Of a stretch of 64,000 nt of DNA, positions 27,893-41,300 are shown piece after piece. The stretch covers positions 32,770 to 96,769 of the IMG/VR virus record IMGVR_UViG_3300045988_069781; one strand, 5' to 3'. The notes under the pieces are model-generated. The model was given only the letters and a program-made list of their open reading frames with translations, ran no database searches and was not told the origin of the DNA. The position numbers and the translations under genes were made by a program. This stretch comes from a virus. Each line of letters begins with the position of its first letter. Positions within the stretch are counted from its first letter, which is position 1.

Positions 27893-30800
27893 TTATTCAC
27901 ATTCTTTTTTACGTTGTTTACCCATTTTATCTAATTCCTCTGTAGCAGAATCATTTGCTGCTTGTTTCAAGTCAGCTGTAGTAGCAGATACAAATTCTTC
28001 ATCTAAATCATAATCCTCTACTACTTGTTGTTTTGCTTTTTCTAAAGTCTGAACCATTACATAGTTCTTTGCTCTAGATACTGCCACATACTTCAATTCT
28101 TGTCTTACTTCTTGACCATTTTTATCATTAAACCCAAAAGTATTTATACTACTGTCGTTAATTAAAACTTTACTATAAGTACCACCTTGAGATTTATGAA
28201 TTGTGTGAGCATATCCGTAATCAAACGATTTTCTAAGCTTTAATCTACCGTTAGCGTCTTTGATATCTCGCATAGTGTGAATTTTATTTTGTATCCTATT
28301 AATTTTTTCAACAACAGATCTAGCTGCAGTCGGATTTCCCTCAGCTAACAATTGCTTACGCATACTCCACAAGGTCTGTATATATTCTTGAACTTTTATG
28401 ATATTTTCATCTGTTTCAAAATTAGATACTACATCAATAGTAAACGAAGAAGCAGAAGTATCTATTGCGTCTTTGAGAGTAACTTTATATCCTTCCATAC
28501 TTATACTTTCTTTTCTGTCAGGATATGTTAAATCAATTTGAATAGTAGTGGGTTTAACACTTTGCACTACGTAGTCTCCACTATTCATTAATTTGTATTT
28601 CTTTCTTAAAGAATCGTATTCTCTATTAGAATAACCCATTACAAGTTCTCCTTCATACAATTGTGCTGGTCTCCTACCATACAGAATTTGTCTTATTGCA
28701 GAGTTATAAGCTTCTACAGAAGCATTTGTTGCAGCCAAGACTCTAAAATATAGAGGATCTTGTGAATCTTTCATTTCTTTTAATGAAGTTTTAACAAATT
28801 CTCTAATTCTAGTTTTGTCTGATGAATATTCAACTCCTTGACCATTAGGAGCAATGTCTGTTTCATAGCTAAAGCCTTCCCCATTTCTTACTCTAGTAGA
28901 TTCTTTTAATATAGGATTATCTCCAGTTCTTTCTACTTTGGTTAACTGCAATTGTGCACCATCATTTCTAAATACTTTAGATATATTATTTGCTCTTACT
29001 GGTCTTAATTGACCTTTATCCCCCACGAATATGATCTGAGCACCTTTTGCTGCAATTTGTTTAAGTAAGAAATCGTATAAACTATCTTGAATCATTGAAG
29101 CCTCATCAACTATAACTATTGAAGCATCTTCTATTTTAACAGCAGCTACTTGTTCAAATTTCAATTTGTGTAGATCAAATACATCTTCAGTAATATCAAA
29201 ATCAGGACGCAATCCCAATAAACTTTGAAGTGTAAATACTTTTGCGTTTGGGGTTTTCTGTATAGTTACAGCGTTCGCTCTATGAGTTGGAGCTGAGAAA
29301 ATAATATCTGCATGTATTCTACGCTTCAAATACTTATTAAATATACCCATAATAGTAGTCTTACCTGTACCAGCATAACCAGACAAAGTAATAGATGTAT
29401 CATCTCCATTAACAAATGCTTCTAACTCTTTCAAAGCAGACTTCTGTTGGTCATTCAATTCAAAATCTAATTTAACTTCTAAACCATCATCAAAAGTATA
29501 TACATATTTATCTTGTATTTGCTTAGTTTCTTCAACAGCTTGTTTTACTTCTTCTACTTTGGGTAAAGCTTCTGTTAAACCTACTTGACTGGCATATTGT
29601 TGAAGTTCAGTAAATGATGCGGCTTCACCGTTTCTCGATTGATAAGTCTTAGACCATAAATCAACATTTTCAGTAGCTACAGTCTGTAAAGCATTTTCAT
29701 TGAATTCTCCAGCTTGGTTGAATATCTTAGTCTGTAAACTAGCTTTGACAGGAGTCAAATCTTGTACATAGGTTATAGCCTTAGATGGTGTAAAGTCTAT
29801 GCCGGTAGGTACTACATTGTTATAACCTACAGAAGATTTCTTAAAGCCAAATTCAACAAGTACATTACCCTTATAACTTAAACCTTTCTTATTAATCAAT
29901 TGATATACTGGTACTTTATTTTCATCTACACCAATATATTTATATAAGAAAGTAGTTCTAGGGTCATTGTTCTTATCTAATTTAACCTTCTTATAAAGGT
30001 AATGTATAGGATCACCTGCTTCATTATAACCTACAATACCTCTGAATTTACTAGATTCATCATAGATTATAGAAGGTATTTCAACTTGTTCTCCTTTCTT
30101 ATTAGTTACAAATAATCCACTACCATCATGAGCAACAGGTCTGTATACCGCTCTACCTTCTTCTTCAATAGTTTCATAGCTAGAATCCAATTTATAGTAT
30201 TCAATAGCAGGAACTACGTGATCATTCCACCACAGATTTCTAATTACTTCTTGTAAGTCTATCTGAGATATAACATTTTCTGGATGCTTTTCTAATTCTC
30301 TAATATAATCAAAATATCCTATTTCCTCTCTTATAGAGTTAGGAACATATCTAAATATATTGTTCTTACCGAAAGCATCTCCAGACGTATAGAAAGAATA
30401 TATTGCAAGATCTTTAGCAAAGTCTCTTACTTCTTTATAATCACTTTCATAAAGTTCTTCCCAAGCACGAATTATTTCATTTTCTAAATTATTATCACCA
30501 CTCTTATTGGGTTTATATGCAATGAAGTCAGGTCCTTGTAATTCTGCAGCATCTTCTTTAGGTCTACTAAAGATGTTGTTAATCAACACATTTGAAAAAC
30601 TACCATCACTCCCAAGTAATGAAGGATATTTGCCTTGTAATATATCAGATTTAAGTCTATCCAATCTTCTAGAAATACTATCATTACCAAATAACATGCC
30701 ACGGAATCCCATTTGATTATCTTTAACATATTGATTAAAGAATTTAGTCTTATAGGATACTTCCATTGCTCTAGTGATATTGTTAATATATGTATCATCA

Positions 30801-32119
30801 CTTACTGCATAGCCTTTGGTATAGTATTCAATTAATGATCGTAAGGTTTCAAATTCTGGAGTAAGTCTAATCATGACATTCTGGAATGCATTTCTAGGAA
30901 ATACTAATCCATCGATCATTTTCTTACCCAAGAATGTATTAGTAAACACTTTCAAAGGATTGTCGAAAACAGCCTGTTCAGTCATATACTGTTTCCATTT
31001 ATCCAAGAATGCGCTTTGTAAACCAAAGTTATTACCAAATCTCTTAGTATCAATTTGAGATAAGTTAGTTAATTCTGACAAACTCTTAGAAAATGGAGTT
31101 AATTCTTCATAAGCCTTAAGAATTAATAATTGATTATAGTACCAATCAAAAGTTTCAGTTTTCTGCAATTGTTTTCTAAGATGTGGTACAGTAAACATAG
31201 TTTTTCTTTGATTAGTACTTACACCTTTATCCTTAAGATAGTTCAGAAGATTCTCTTTCTTACCACCGGATAACTCTTTTGCTTTCTTATAGTAATCGTT
31301 CCAAATTTTAGTAAATGCTAATCTTTCAGGATTTTTACCAGCAGGTATTTCAACACCATAAAAACCAGAATATTTATCATATTCAGTTGCATAGTCTTTT
31401 AATATCTGTTGAGGTAAGAAATAGAATGTACTTTCACCTTTACCACTTCTAATTAAGAAGTTAGTCATGTTAAAAGTTAATTTACGTACATTCAAACGAA
31501 TAATATATGGGTCTTTAGCTACGTCTACGTGAGCATTAATCAAAGCTGATAACCAGTCTAAAACATTGATCTTATTTGTATCTTCACTTTGAATGTGATG
31601 CAAATCACGTATACCATAATCATTCAATACTTTATTTGGTTTGAAATTCAATTTAACTAATTGAGTTAATACTTGATGAGCATTAGCTAACGCAAATGGA
31701 CCAATACCAAACTTACCACCATTCAACTCAGCTTTAGTCCTACTCTGGAATGCTGGAGTAGAGAAATACAATTGAGATTTACTAGTTCTCTTACCTTGAC
31801 CAGTTAATTTATCAACATCCTTAAGAATCTTATCTTTCAGATAATCTGTCACAGTATCAAGAGGCTGTCTAGCTTCTGCAAAGTTCATAGGATTGCTAAT
31901 TACTGACAAATACATATCAAGAAGCATGTTTTCATTTGCTTCTCTACTATTTGCTTCAAAATCAGTTTTACCATTGTATCTCTCATAAGCTTTTCTTACT
32001 ACAGTTTCATCATCTAAACCAATAGCTTTCAATCTCTGAACATACTGATCTTTTGTTTCGAACTTGATTCTATTACCATTATTGTCATAGTTATATCTTG
32101 CTATAAATAATTTATCAAT
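27893..32119 (-). CDS. virion RNA polymerase exon 2 (1408 aa) with C-terminal SF1 (RecD/Dda-like) helicase domain
   Basis: The track ORF starts at TTG 32032, but the frame stays open, with no ATG, up to TAG at 32147-32149. Exon 2 would begin IDKLFIARYNYDNNGNRIKFETKDQYVQRLKAIGLDD... Helicase motifs: GYAGTGKTT, VIVDEASMI, FVGDKGQLRPV, HKSQGGTY, YVAVSRAK. Confidence 0.75.
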   Translation of the reverse strand: MDKLFIARYNYDNNGNRIKFETKDQYVQRLKAIGLDDETVVRKAYERYNGKTDFEANSREANENMLLDMYLSVISNPMNFAEARQPLDTVTDYLKDKILKDVDKLTGQGKRTSKSQLYFSTPAFQSRTKAELNGGKFGIGPFALANAHQVLTQLVKLNFKPNKVLNDYGIRDLHHIQSEDTNKINVLDWLSALINAHVDVAKDPYIIRLNVRKLTFNMTNFLIRSGKGESTFYFLPQQILKDYATEYDKYSGFYGVEIPAGKNPERLAFTKIWNDYYKKAKELSGGKKENLLNYLKDKGVSTNQRKTMFTVPHLRKQLQKTETFDWYYNQLLILKAYEELTPFSKSLSELTNLSQIDTKRFGNNFGLQSAFLDKWKQYMTEQAVFDNPLKVFTNTFLGKKMIDGLVFPRNAFQNVMIRLTPEFETLRSLIEYYTKGYAVSDDTYINNITRAMEVSYKTKFFNQYVKDNQMGFRGMLFGNDSISRRLDRLKSDILQGKYPSLLGSDGSFSNVLINNIFSRPKEDAAELQGPDFIAYKPNKSGDNNLENEIIRAWEELYESDYKEVRDFAKDLAIYSFYTSGDAFGKNNIFRYVPNSIREEIGYFDYIRELEKHPENVISQIDLQEVIRNLWWNDHVVPAIEYYKLDSSYETIEEEGRAVYRPVAHDGSGLFVTNKKGEQVEIPSIIYDESSKFRGIVGYNEAGDPIHYLYKKVKLDKNNDPRTTFLYKYIGVDENKVPVYQLINKKGLSYKGNVLVEFGFKKSSVGYNNVVPTGIDFTPSKAITYVQDLTPVKASLQTKIFNQAGEFNENALQTVATENVDLWSKTYQSRNGEAASFTELQQYASQVGLTEALPKVEEVKQAVEETKQIQDKYVYTFDDGLEVKLDFELNDQQKSALKELEAFVNGDDTSITLSGYAGTGKTTIMGIFNKYLKRRIHADIIFSAPTHRANAVTIQKTPNAKVFTLQSLLGLRPDFDITEDVFDLHKLKFEQVAAVKIEDASIVIVDEASMIQDSLYDFLLKQIAAKGAQIIFVGDKGQLRPVRANNISKVFRNDGAQLQLTKVERTGDNPILKESTRVRNGEGFSYETDIAPNGQGVEYSSDKTRIREFVKTSLKEMKDSQDPLYFRVLAATNASVEAYNSAIRQILYGRRPAQLYEGELVMGYSNREYDSLRKKYKLMNSGDYVVQSVKPTTIQIDLTYPDRKESISMEGYKVTLKDAIDTSASSFTIDVVSNFETDENIIKVQEYIQTLWSMRKQLLAEGNPTAARSVVEKINRIQNKIHTMRDIKDANGRLKLRKSFDYGYAHTIHKSQGGTYSKVLINDSSINTFGFNDKNGQEVRQELKYVAVSRAKNYVMVQTLEKAKQQVVEDYDLDEEFVSATTADLKQAANDSATEELDKMGKQRKKECE

Positions 32120-32395
32120 CGCTTGTACCCACTGTTTCCAGTGGGGCTAGACTATATCTTCACTTTGATAGTGCTCCCCATTTCGCCTTTCGGCTACTCT
32201 ACTTGCTTCTTCGATCATTTTTTGATCTATGCGTTCGATAGTCGTTGAACTTTCCCCTATACGGGGCTTAGCTGCTGATTGTCCAATCTCATTGTTTTTC
32301 AAACATTCGCACATATCTTTTCAGATTATGCTGTAGTAAATGAGCTCTAAGGGGTTTCCAGCAATTAAAGGAGTTTTACTTCAACTATGTTGTTA
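32120..32395 (-). ncRNA. group I-like self-splicing intron (276 nt, no ORF)
   Basis: P1: the last 8 nt of the exon, ACUUCGAU (32403-32396), pair with intron GUUGAAGU (32385-32378), giving a U.G wobble at the splice site. The last intron nucleotide is G (32120). GNRA-capped or stable hairpins include CAUAAUCU-GAAA-AGAUAUG, CCCC-GUAUA-GGGG, GCC-GAAA-GGC and CCCACUG-GAAA-CAGUGGG. Splicing restores GSDFD-IDKL. Confidence 0.65.
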
Positions 32396-35300
32396 ATCGA
32401 AGTCTGACCCAGTAAGGGCTGTAAATTCATCAGGAAGAGTAATAGTATCACCAATCTGTTCAGGATAAACGTCCACCACTTTTAAAGCTGCTGTAGAAGC
32501 TTGACCCTGTGCAGGGATACGATAACCCATAGCTATTGCCTTTGTATCTGGACCAATTATATCGTGGTTTATTAACCACGCTTTAGCTTGACTGAAAGTC
32601 ATTTTATCATAATTAGGTATGATGTGTTTCAATAAGTTAATTGATATAACACAATCCATACTACCATCATTATTAACAAAATTAAGCTTTCTTACATGGT
32701 TGGCATCAGATGTTACAGCTAATCTATTATATAAGATAGAAGACATCTGAATAAACATACCACCAGGTAGATTAGTATCTACTATGGCTTTATTCAACAT
32801 TGATATAAGACCACTTTCAATCCAAGAATTATCGGATAAACCTGAAATAGGAGCATTAGTGTTGCCATCTTCTACAGTAAGACCATTCAAAACATTATCG
32901 TTCATGTTTGAATTTTCTGCTTTTCTCTTAAGAATATTGGCAAACTTAACAATACTAGCTTGTGGATTATTGGCATCAATACCGAAGTCTTTTTCTATAC
33001 TCTTTCTACCAAATTCAGTAATAGCATTATGTGCTCCATTGAAGTTATCAATAACCTCTTGTCCTGAGTAAGATACACCGTTGGGAGTAGTATATGTCCA
33101 AGCTGTTCTAATGTTACCCATAGCTGCTTTTTGAGCCTGAGATACAAACATCTGTCTATCTGCATGGTGTGGATCAGTTACTAGCTGACGTCTAAAATTA
33201 ACTAAAGACTGTTTGTGAGTAGGCATATTCATTAAACCTTCTACGTCTACCTTGGTATTTGATTTATCTGTGTAAATCTTAGATTTAACTTCTTCAACTC
33301 TTTGACCAACTTTAACTGCAGATTCAAACGCAAGCATGTGTATGTTTCTGGCTTGCATTACTTTTAATACTTCTCCCATATCCCCTGTAGAGAATATTCT
33401 ATGAACTGGGAACATAGCCATTTTGTCAAATACGGGTATGTCTCTCTTTGCATTTACATCATAATGATCGCCGAAATACATTAACTTCAAAGGTTTTAAT
33501 GTAACGGCTAAGGCTTCATTATAAGTATCTGCATCAGCTTCATAATCTGTTTCAGGGTTATTCAATATATCAAAAGCTTTAGCTACTTCAGGAGTCCATC
33601 CATCAATTCTTCTAACTAATTCTTTATAGAATTCAGGAGAGATAAGTACTGTAGCATCCGTTTGGTTTACTTTGGTATAACCACCAAATTTACTATCAAC
33701 TACAAGATTAGCAGCATCTTCAACGTCTTGGGGCAATGCTTCACCACTCTCATACATTGCAAGAGCTTCTTCTTGAGTCATATCATGCATTTCCTGTAAC
33801 AGTCTTACTGCAGCTGACTTTTTAGCAAATTCATTGATTCTATCAAGCTGTCTACTAGGTATTACATTATCTGATAAAGTACCTACATTAACTTCAGTTA
33901 AGTTTGATAATTCATTACCTTCTCCATAATCTATTCTAGGAGTAACACCAGTTGACAATACCTCACGAAGACGTTTAATTTTATCTACAGGATCTTTATA
34001 ATATGCAGGATCTTTAATAAATAACTTCTCAAATTCTATTACTGAGGATATAGTATTAGCAAAATAGTTTGCCATTAACTCTGTAGCAGCTAACTCTTTG
34101 CTGTATTTTGATACCTCTTGACGTTTTTTATAGTGATTTTCTGCATCATCCAATGCCTTTTGAGGAAGCGCTAAGCTCTTTACACTAGCAAAATCCTTAC
34201 CATTCCAATCAATTATACCTATTTCTTTTGCATAATCCAATTCGTCTTTAAAAGCATCTGTTAAATATTCATTCATTAACAAAGCTTTATCAGAGTTACT
34301 CATCTTAGCCCAAGCTGCTTTTATTTGATTTACTACGGATAATGCTAAGTCACTACCACCAATGTCTTCAGCAAGTTTAAGAGCTTCATTGAAATTAGAG
34401 AAATCATCTACAAATTCAATACCACCTAAAGTTGGTTGTTCTTTAAGTTTAAAGAACCCGTTGAAATATCTAAATCTGTAACCATTTCTATTACCAATAT
34501 CATAGTTCTTTACTTTTTGTTCCTTTGTCAGATTACCTTCATTCTTATAGTTGAATTCAATAGTATCTAATTCAGTTTCAAAGTAATTAATAAATCTGGT
34601 TAATACTTTGGCATTAAATTTAACTTGATTGTTAGTAGTATCTAAAGGTTGATTGAAATTGTTGATAGCTGTGCCATATAAAGTATTATATGTCTGAGAG
34701 TCACCCATAGTAGGTAAAACAATTCTACCTTTCTGAGTAAGTGTCATTTTAGCAATATAATCTTCCAATGGTGAGATTTCTGTATACTTACGTCCTTTAT
34801 CACCACTACCCTGTTCCTTGAAATAAACCAAAGTTTCAACACCTATTTTACCAGATGCGGTAGGATTATTATAAAGATTTGTAAGTAAATAGGAACCTTT
34901 GAAATAATTAGGGTTAGCATTGTTACCAGTATTATATAATACCTTAGTAAGAGCTTCTACTGTAGCTGGATCATTATCAAGATTCTGAACCATATCTGTT
35001 AAGTAGTTATGATCAGATATAGGATATAACAACTTACCATCAGTAGACAATACAGACAACTCATCTGAGTTAGGATGTGTCATACCATACGTTTCAGACA
35101 ATCTACCTAAGAATTTAGAATCATCATAGTATCTGCTGATATGTCTATTAAATGTACCAGGTACATTACCAGATGGTTCAATTTTCAGTACATCTTTTAA
35201 CTTATTACCAAATAAGAATGATAAACCAGCATTACTACCATCAGTAAACAAATTTACTATTTGCTCTGCAGGATTTGGATCATAATATTCTTTAATCAAA

Positions 35301-38300
35301 AATGAATTTAATGTAGCCATATCTACAGATATGCCGGCTCTACTTAAAAGCGACAATACATTATCTTTTATCTTGATAACATTAGCTTCTACATACTCTT
35401 TGTAAGTCTGACCATTCTTAAGCTTAGCGTTTGGTTTATTCTTATAGTTCTTGAGTAAGTTATTAATCTTGTGATAATCATCTAATAATAATTCTACATT
35501 AGTTTTATTATCAGTAGTTTTCAATGTATAACTATCACCATCAAAATTTATTAACTCAGTCATTCTAAGTAAACCATAGTTCCAACCTTCGATTATATTC
35601 TTAGAAATCTTATTTGCATTCTCATCCTTTACATACAAGTTAGTCTGATCATTACCATTAGTATTCTCAATCTTTTCAGACAAGATACCAATAAGTTTAT
35701 GTTTAGCTTTTCTAAAGGTATTTCTAAATTGAGTCTGTAAATTCTCTCTAGCTATTACTTGGGCTTCTGATTCTCCTGGAACGGTCTTTGATATTTTATA
35801 CAATTCTCTGTATAATGTGTCAAAGATAGGTAATGATTTTGCACATTTAGCACATTTATTCATCATACCTTCAAATGTGTTCTCTGAATGCAATTCATTG
35901 ATTATAGTATTCCATGTAGAATCAAAATCAACCATAAGAGGTAAACCTGTAACAGGACTTAATACCGTTCTAGTTTTCTGTACCTTTGCAACAGAACCAT
36001 CTTCTTTTTTAACATCTGCCTCATAGAATTCTCTTTTAGGCATAGTAGCAATGAAGATCTTAATAGATGCTAAAGCATTATCTTTTACTGAGGTTTCTAA
36101 TGACTCACGGATATATGTAGCCATTTGATCTCCTACAGCAGAACCTTCAGCCTTTTCATCTATTTCTTGGTCGATGTTTTCCTGTTTGTCTACAGCTCTG
36201 ATTTGATATTCATTCAGTTTCCTTATAATTGCTGGTAAGAATACACTATCAAAGGTTTCATATATTTCTTTTCTAGCCTCCCCTTGTTCTTTGGTAATCT
36301 TTCCATTTTCTACAAGTTTATCTGTTAATGAAGGTTCTAATGCGCTCTTTAACAAACTATAATTTAAACCTGTTAAATCATCTCGCATCTTTATGTTATT
36401 CAAAGTAAACAAAGAAGCAACTAATGAATTAACACTTTCTTTAAATTGTGTATTTGTGATATTCTTGAAATTGTGACCACCCAATTTAAATGGAGCTCCC
36501 GCACCTTTATAAGTATTTAAGAACTCCTGTACAGCTGCAGAATTCTGTTTAGATCTACTATAATAACCTGTATTGATCCTATCAAAGATGTTGTCAATAG
36601 TAGTATCAGTTCTCCAAACCCATTTACTAATAAAGTTTTTGATTGCTTTCCAAGCTCTTTTAACGATATTTAAATCAGGTTCAACTTTATTCAGCATATA
36701 CTGCCTAAAGTCTTCTGCAAGAGCTTCTTCAATGTCTTTATCAGTACCGATTAAACCAGTTCTATTTCTATAAGCTTCGTATATCTTACGACGTTCTTTG
36801 GGTGAAATAGTTAACAATGATATTCTATGATATGCTTCATGATATAAAGTACCTATTTCTGCGCCTTTCCACAGTAATGTAGAATCCTGCCTAACAAGAC
36901 CCATAGCATACACATTGTTACCTAGTGATATAGCATCATCTACTATTGTAAGAGAATCGCTTTGGAAACCTAATTTCTTTTTGAACCATTCTATTTCCTC
37001 GTTAGACACCTCTTTAGTTACTTTACCAGTAAGACGTCTCATAGGAATATCAATGTCATCGTCTTCTATAGCAAACGGGTCAATTGTGCCATTCTTGGTA
37101 ATTTCATTAATCTTTTTTGATTCTTCTGTTAATTCTTCTGGCTCTACTGCAGAAGTACCTGTAGGGATATTAGATACATTTTCAACCTTATTTTTAGTTT
37201 CTTCAACTGCCTTATCACTTTCTACTTTCTTAGATATGGTTTGAATATCATCCGCATAAGCAAAAGAATCTTTAAACAATTGATCCTGTAAATCACTTTG
37301 GATTAAATTGTTAGTAACAAACAAACCCATTGTATACATAGGCGTATGTTCTGCATTACCTAAGAAGTCTTCTCTACGTAATATTACGCCAGGAATAGCG
37401 TCTTCCCATATATAAGAACTGTTTTTTGTAAACGCTTCTTTTAAGGAAGGTAAAGCATCACCTATAGGACTAAAGAAATTTTCTCTATTAGCTCTCCAGT
37501 GAAATCCCATTAAATCATTAATAAGATCTTCTTTGTCTTGAGAAGACATATTACCTACATGATAAGATTTTTCTCCTACTACCAGATCACCTTTATCATT
37601 TACATAAAGCTGTTTCTTCTTCATCCAATTGAAGGTAGGAATATCAGATGTAACTTTGGTTTTATCACCGAAACGAACCATAAAGTCAATCAATTCCCCA
37701 GCTACAATTTCTGTATTCTTATAATAAGACTCAGGAGAAGCTCCATAATTCAAAAGTAAATCTGCAAGAAATTCAGCTTGTTTTCTGTCAAATCTTTGTA
37801 AATTAACTTGTACAGGTATCTCTGAATTATTAAGTGTACTAGATTTGGGGGGATAGATAAATAACTGACCACTACCACCAGTACCATTCAATATTTCACC
37901 ACCAGCGCCAAGAATCAAACTGTCAGAAATAATACCATTACTGATACCAAAGGTTACATTTTCTGGAGTAATGTCATACACATTGGATGGAATTGCAAAA
38001 CCTTTTACTTCTTGTACAGGTCTGAATACTGCCTTTTGACCATTTCTATTTACATTATATCTACCTCTAGTTCTACTGATAGTACTTGGTACAATAACTT
38101 CATTCTCTGTCTTATTTTCAATGGCAGTAATGATTGCGTTTCTAAAAGATTTTAAGTCATTTATAGAAACTTCATTAGCTTGTTCAATTGTATTAAGCTC
38201 TTCTGCTGTAGCACTATTACGAATACCTGCAATATCTACATCAAATTTAGTTCTAGCTCCTTTAGGAGTCTTAAGTGCTAAAGCATACTTACCAGTAGGA

Positions 38301-41300
38301 TGTTCTACACTTAATATGATAGAGGCACTATCATATGTAGTCTTATCACCCTTTTTGTATGGCTTACTACCTTTTTCAGTATAAGATTCATTGATAATAA
38401 ATTCACAGAAACTATCTGTAAAGAAATTAGGATCTTTGATTCTTTCTGCTAATTCTTTACCAGATTTATAACCCGGTAATATAGGAGTAGTAGAATCCGG
38501 GGAGAAGAACAGTGTATGTGATACGGTATCTTTAGCTAATTCTTCTACTTCTAAAGAATCTTCATATTCTCTAGATTCAGAATCCATATCTGTTTTACTG
38601 TCATGTTTCTGTTCAGTAGCTAATTTCTTTTTAGCCTGTTCAACTTTCTGTTCTACAGTAATATCCGGAGTAATAGTATCAACTGTTTGTGATACTTTCT
38701 TATCTTCATCTGTAGCAGCAGCTAAAGGATCTGCATCTGCATTGGCAGCTGCTCTCAAATCTTTATCTGTAGCAAAAGCAAACTCTTCATCCTCTTCTTC
38801 AACATCTTCTACTACTGGAGCTTTTGTCTTACTTTCTTCTGCAATCCTTTTACGTTCTGCTTCAAATTCTGCAGCTAGTTCTTCCAAACTCTTTGTAGGA
38901 AATTCTTCATCACGTTTAGTTGCTGGTTCTGTTTTTTCTTCAGGCTGCATTTTAGGTGTTGCTTCAGGAGCAGTAGGTTCTGGTGCAGGTATTTCTGTGT
39001 TTACTTTGGATTTTGCTCTAGAATCCATTACAGGAGATTGTGGTTTTTCAACTTCCTCTCTTTGTACTCCTGGAGCAATTTTACTTGCTGCTACAGTTTC
39101 ATTGTTGTCTGTACCATTATCAGCTACTTCTTTTTCTGTAGAAGCAATATCTTGTTCAACAATCTGCTTGGCGTTATCTTCTGCAATTCTACTAGATTCA
39201 TCTGAATTATTCAGGTAGTTCTCAATTCTCTTTTTGATATTATTTAATACCTTTTTCTTTGATTTATCTGTAGCTTTGTCAAAACTAGTAAGTTTGCCAT
39301 CTTCCAGAGTATTACCGAATATCTCATTCATTTTATGCTCTGCTACCAAAGCATCATGCTGAGCTAACATTAAGTTTGCATAGCTATCTACACCTGTCTG
39401 CATAACATGAGGAGCTGCTACAAAATCTGTACTAAACTTTGTATCAGCAGCTACTTGAGCCAATTGACTATCAATGTTCTTAATAGCTTTAGGTATAGTC
39501 TTTAAAATAGATTTAGCTACAGAATTATCACTATTAGTAATACCAAATTTAGTTTTACCATCTTCTGCTGGAGCTTCAATCGCATTCTTTAACTCCTGTA
39601 AAGCTTCTTTCTGTACATTCAACTTAGTCAAAGTAATAGCTGCTAGCTTTTCTTCTGGAGTGTAATTACTCAATAAAGCATCTTCAGAAAGATCTGCATA
39701 CAATTTATTATCTGCATCCTGAGCTGCTTTTGCATTGTTTACAGCTTCTTGTAAATCTAATTGAGCTACATGCTGTAAACCAATTAATGTATTATATTCT
39801 GTAGTACCTGCAGAATAACCTAATTGTTTACCAATGTTCTTAGTAGTCTTAGACTTAGCTAAGTTAAATACATTATTCGCAGTTTTGATTTCAGCATTTA
39901 TATCTTCCTCAGTAAGACCATCAGGCATATGATATTTAAAATTCTCTAATACTTCAAGTACACTATCTTTGTAATTGAGCATAGATTTTGATGCTTTATC
40001 AGCATATGTTACTGCTTTATTCATAGCATCTTTCTTAGCCATATTATCTGCTACCATATCTCTAACAAAAGTGTTGGCAACAAAGTCTTTACGCATATCA
40101 ATACCAGCATGATACGCAGTAGTAGGACCACCTAAGTACATACCTAATGCGAAACCACCCTTTACATCATTCCAGAATTGAGGATCATTGGCTAATTCTG
40201 ATTCAGTATCTATTCCTGATAAAATTTTTGCAGTACGGTAATTAGCTTCGGCTAACCCAAGTAATGATGAAAATACACCAGAAGAATTTTTATCGTACTG
40301 ATTGTGAATATAATCGTAATCAAATATATCCTGATCACCTTCTTCAAAAGCTTCAACAGTAGCAGCAAAACCCATACGAGCTAGAGCTTTAGCACCCTTG
40401 CTCAACATATTCATTTTGGGACTATTGTAAGCTAATCTAGCATTAAATCCGGTGTAAGCATCAATAAGCTTATTATAATTCTTAGTAGCAGTATCAGATA
40501 ATTTAACTAAAGGCTTTAATGCGCTAGCTATAGGTTTAGTTATAATTTTACCCATAGCTTTACCTAATGGGGCAAATATCAAAGCTGATTGTGCAGCATC
40601 CATTGCAGACAAAGCCATGTTATTATTGTAAACATTTTCTAAGCCATTATCTGCTGAATCTTTTAAAGAGTTTAGAACTTCATCGGAAATTTTAATCTCT
40701 CCAGATAAAGTTCTATCTATAATTTCATCATCTGAAATCTTTGTAACATCTATATTAGGATTCTGTTGTTTCAATTGATCTCTACCCATTTGAACATAGT
40801 CTTGGATAGATACACCTTTACTTTCAAGATCTTTTTCAATCTTAGAACGATATGCTCCATACACTTGCGCCAATGATTCTCTATGTCTACTATAGATATT
40901 ACCTGCTAAACTTAGTGCTGTAGCAGCAATAGCTGAGCTCCAACCAATAAGATTAGATGCTGCACCAATACCAGGAACTGCATTCAAAGCGCCAGTAGTA
41001 GCATAATGTCTACCAAGATATAAAGCACCTGTTGCTAATGCGTCAGCTACATAGGATTCAACAGTAGACATTGATGAACCTGTTAAACCAGGTCCGGCGT
41101 ATAATACATAATCAGAATCATAGAAAGGCTTATCTTGAGCTTTCTGTTCTTTTATTTGAAATCTAGCAGAAGGTTTGTATCTTTCAGATCTAGATGTGAT
41201 AGAATCATAATAATCTTGAATGCTCTTATTTACTTCGGATTGTTCGTTTACCCACCAATCTCTTACCCCATTTAAGTATTCAATTCTCTTATCAACATCT

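Noticed and set aside
38742-39218. 158-aa ORF on the + strand inside the RNAP gene, plus many similar antisense ORFs (for example 917..1240, 25945..26145, 32784..33071, 45206..45484, 52628..52948, 57663..58016)
   Set aside because: These are low-complexity, S/A/L-rich shadow frames of long, well-supported genes on the opposite strand. They have no independent signals.
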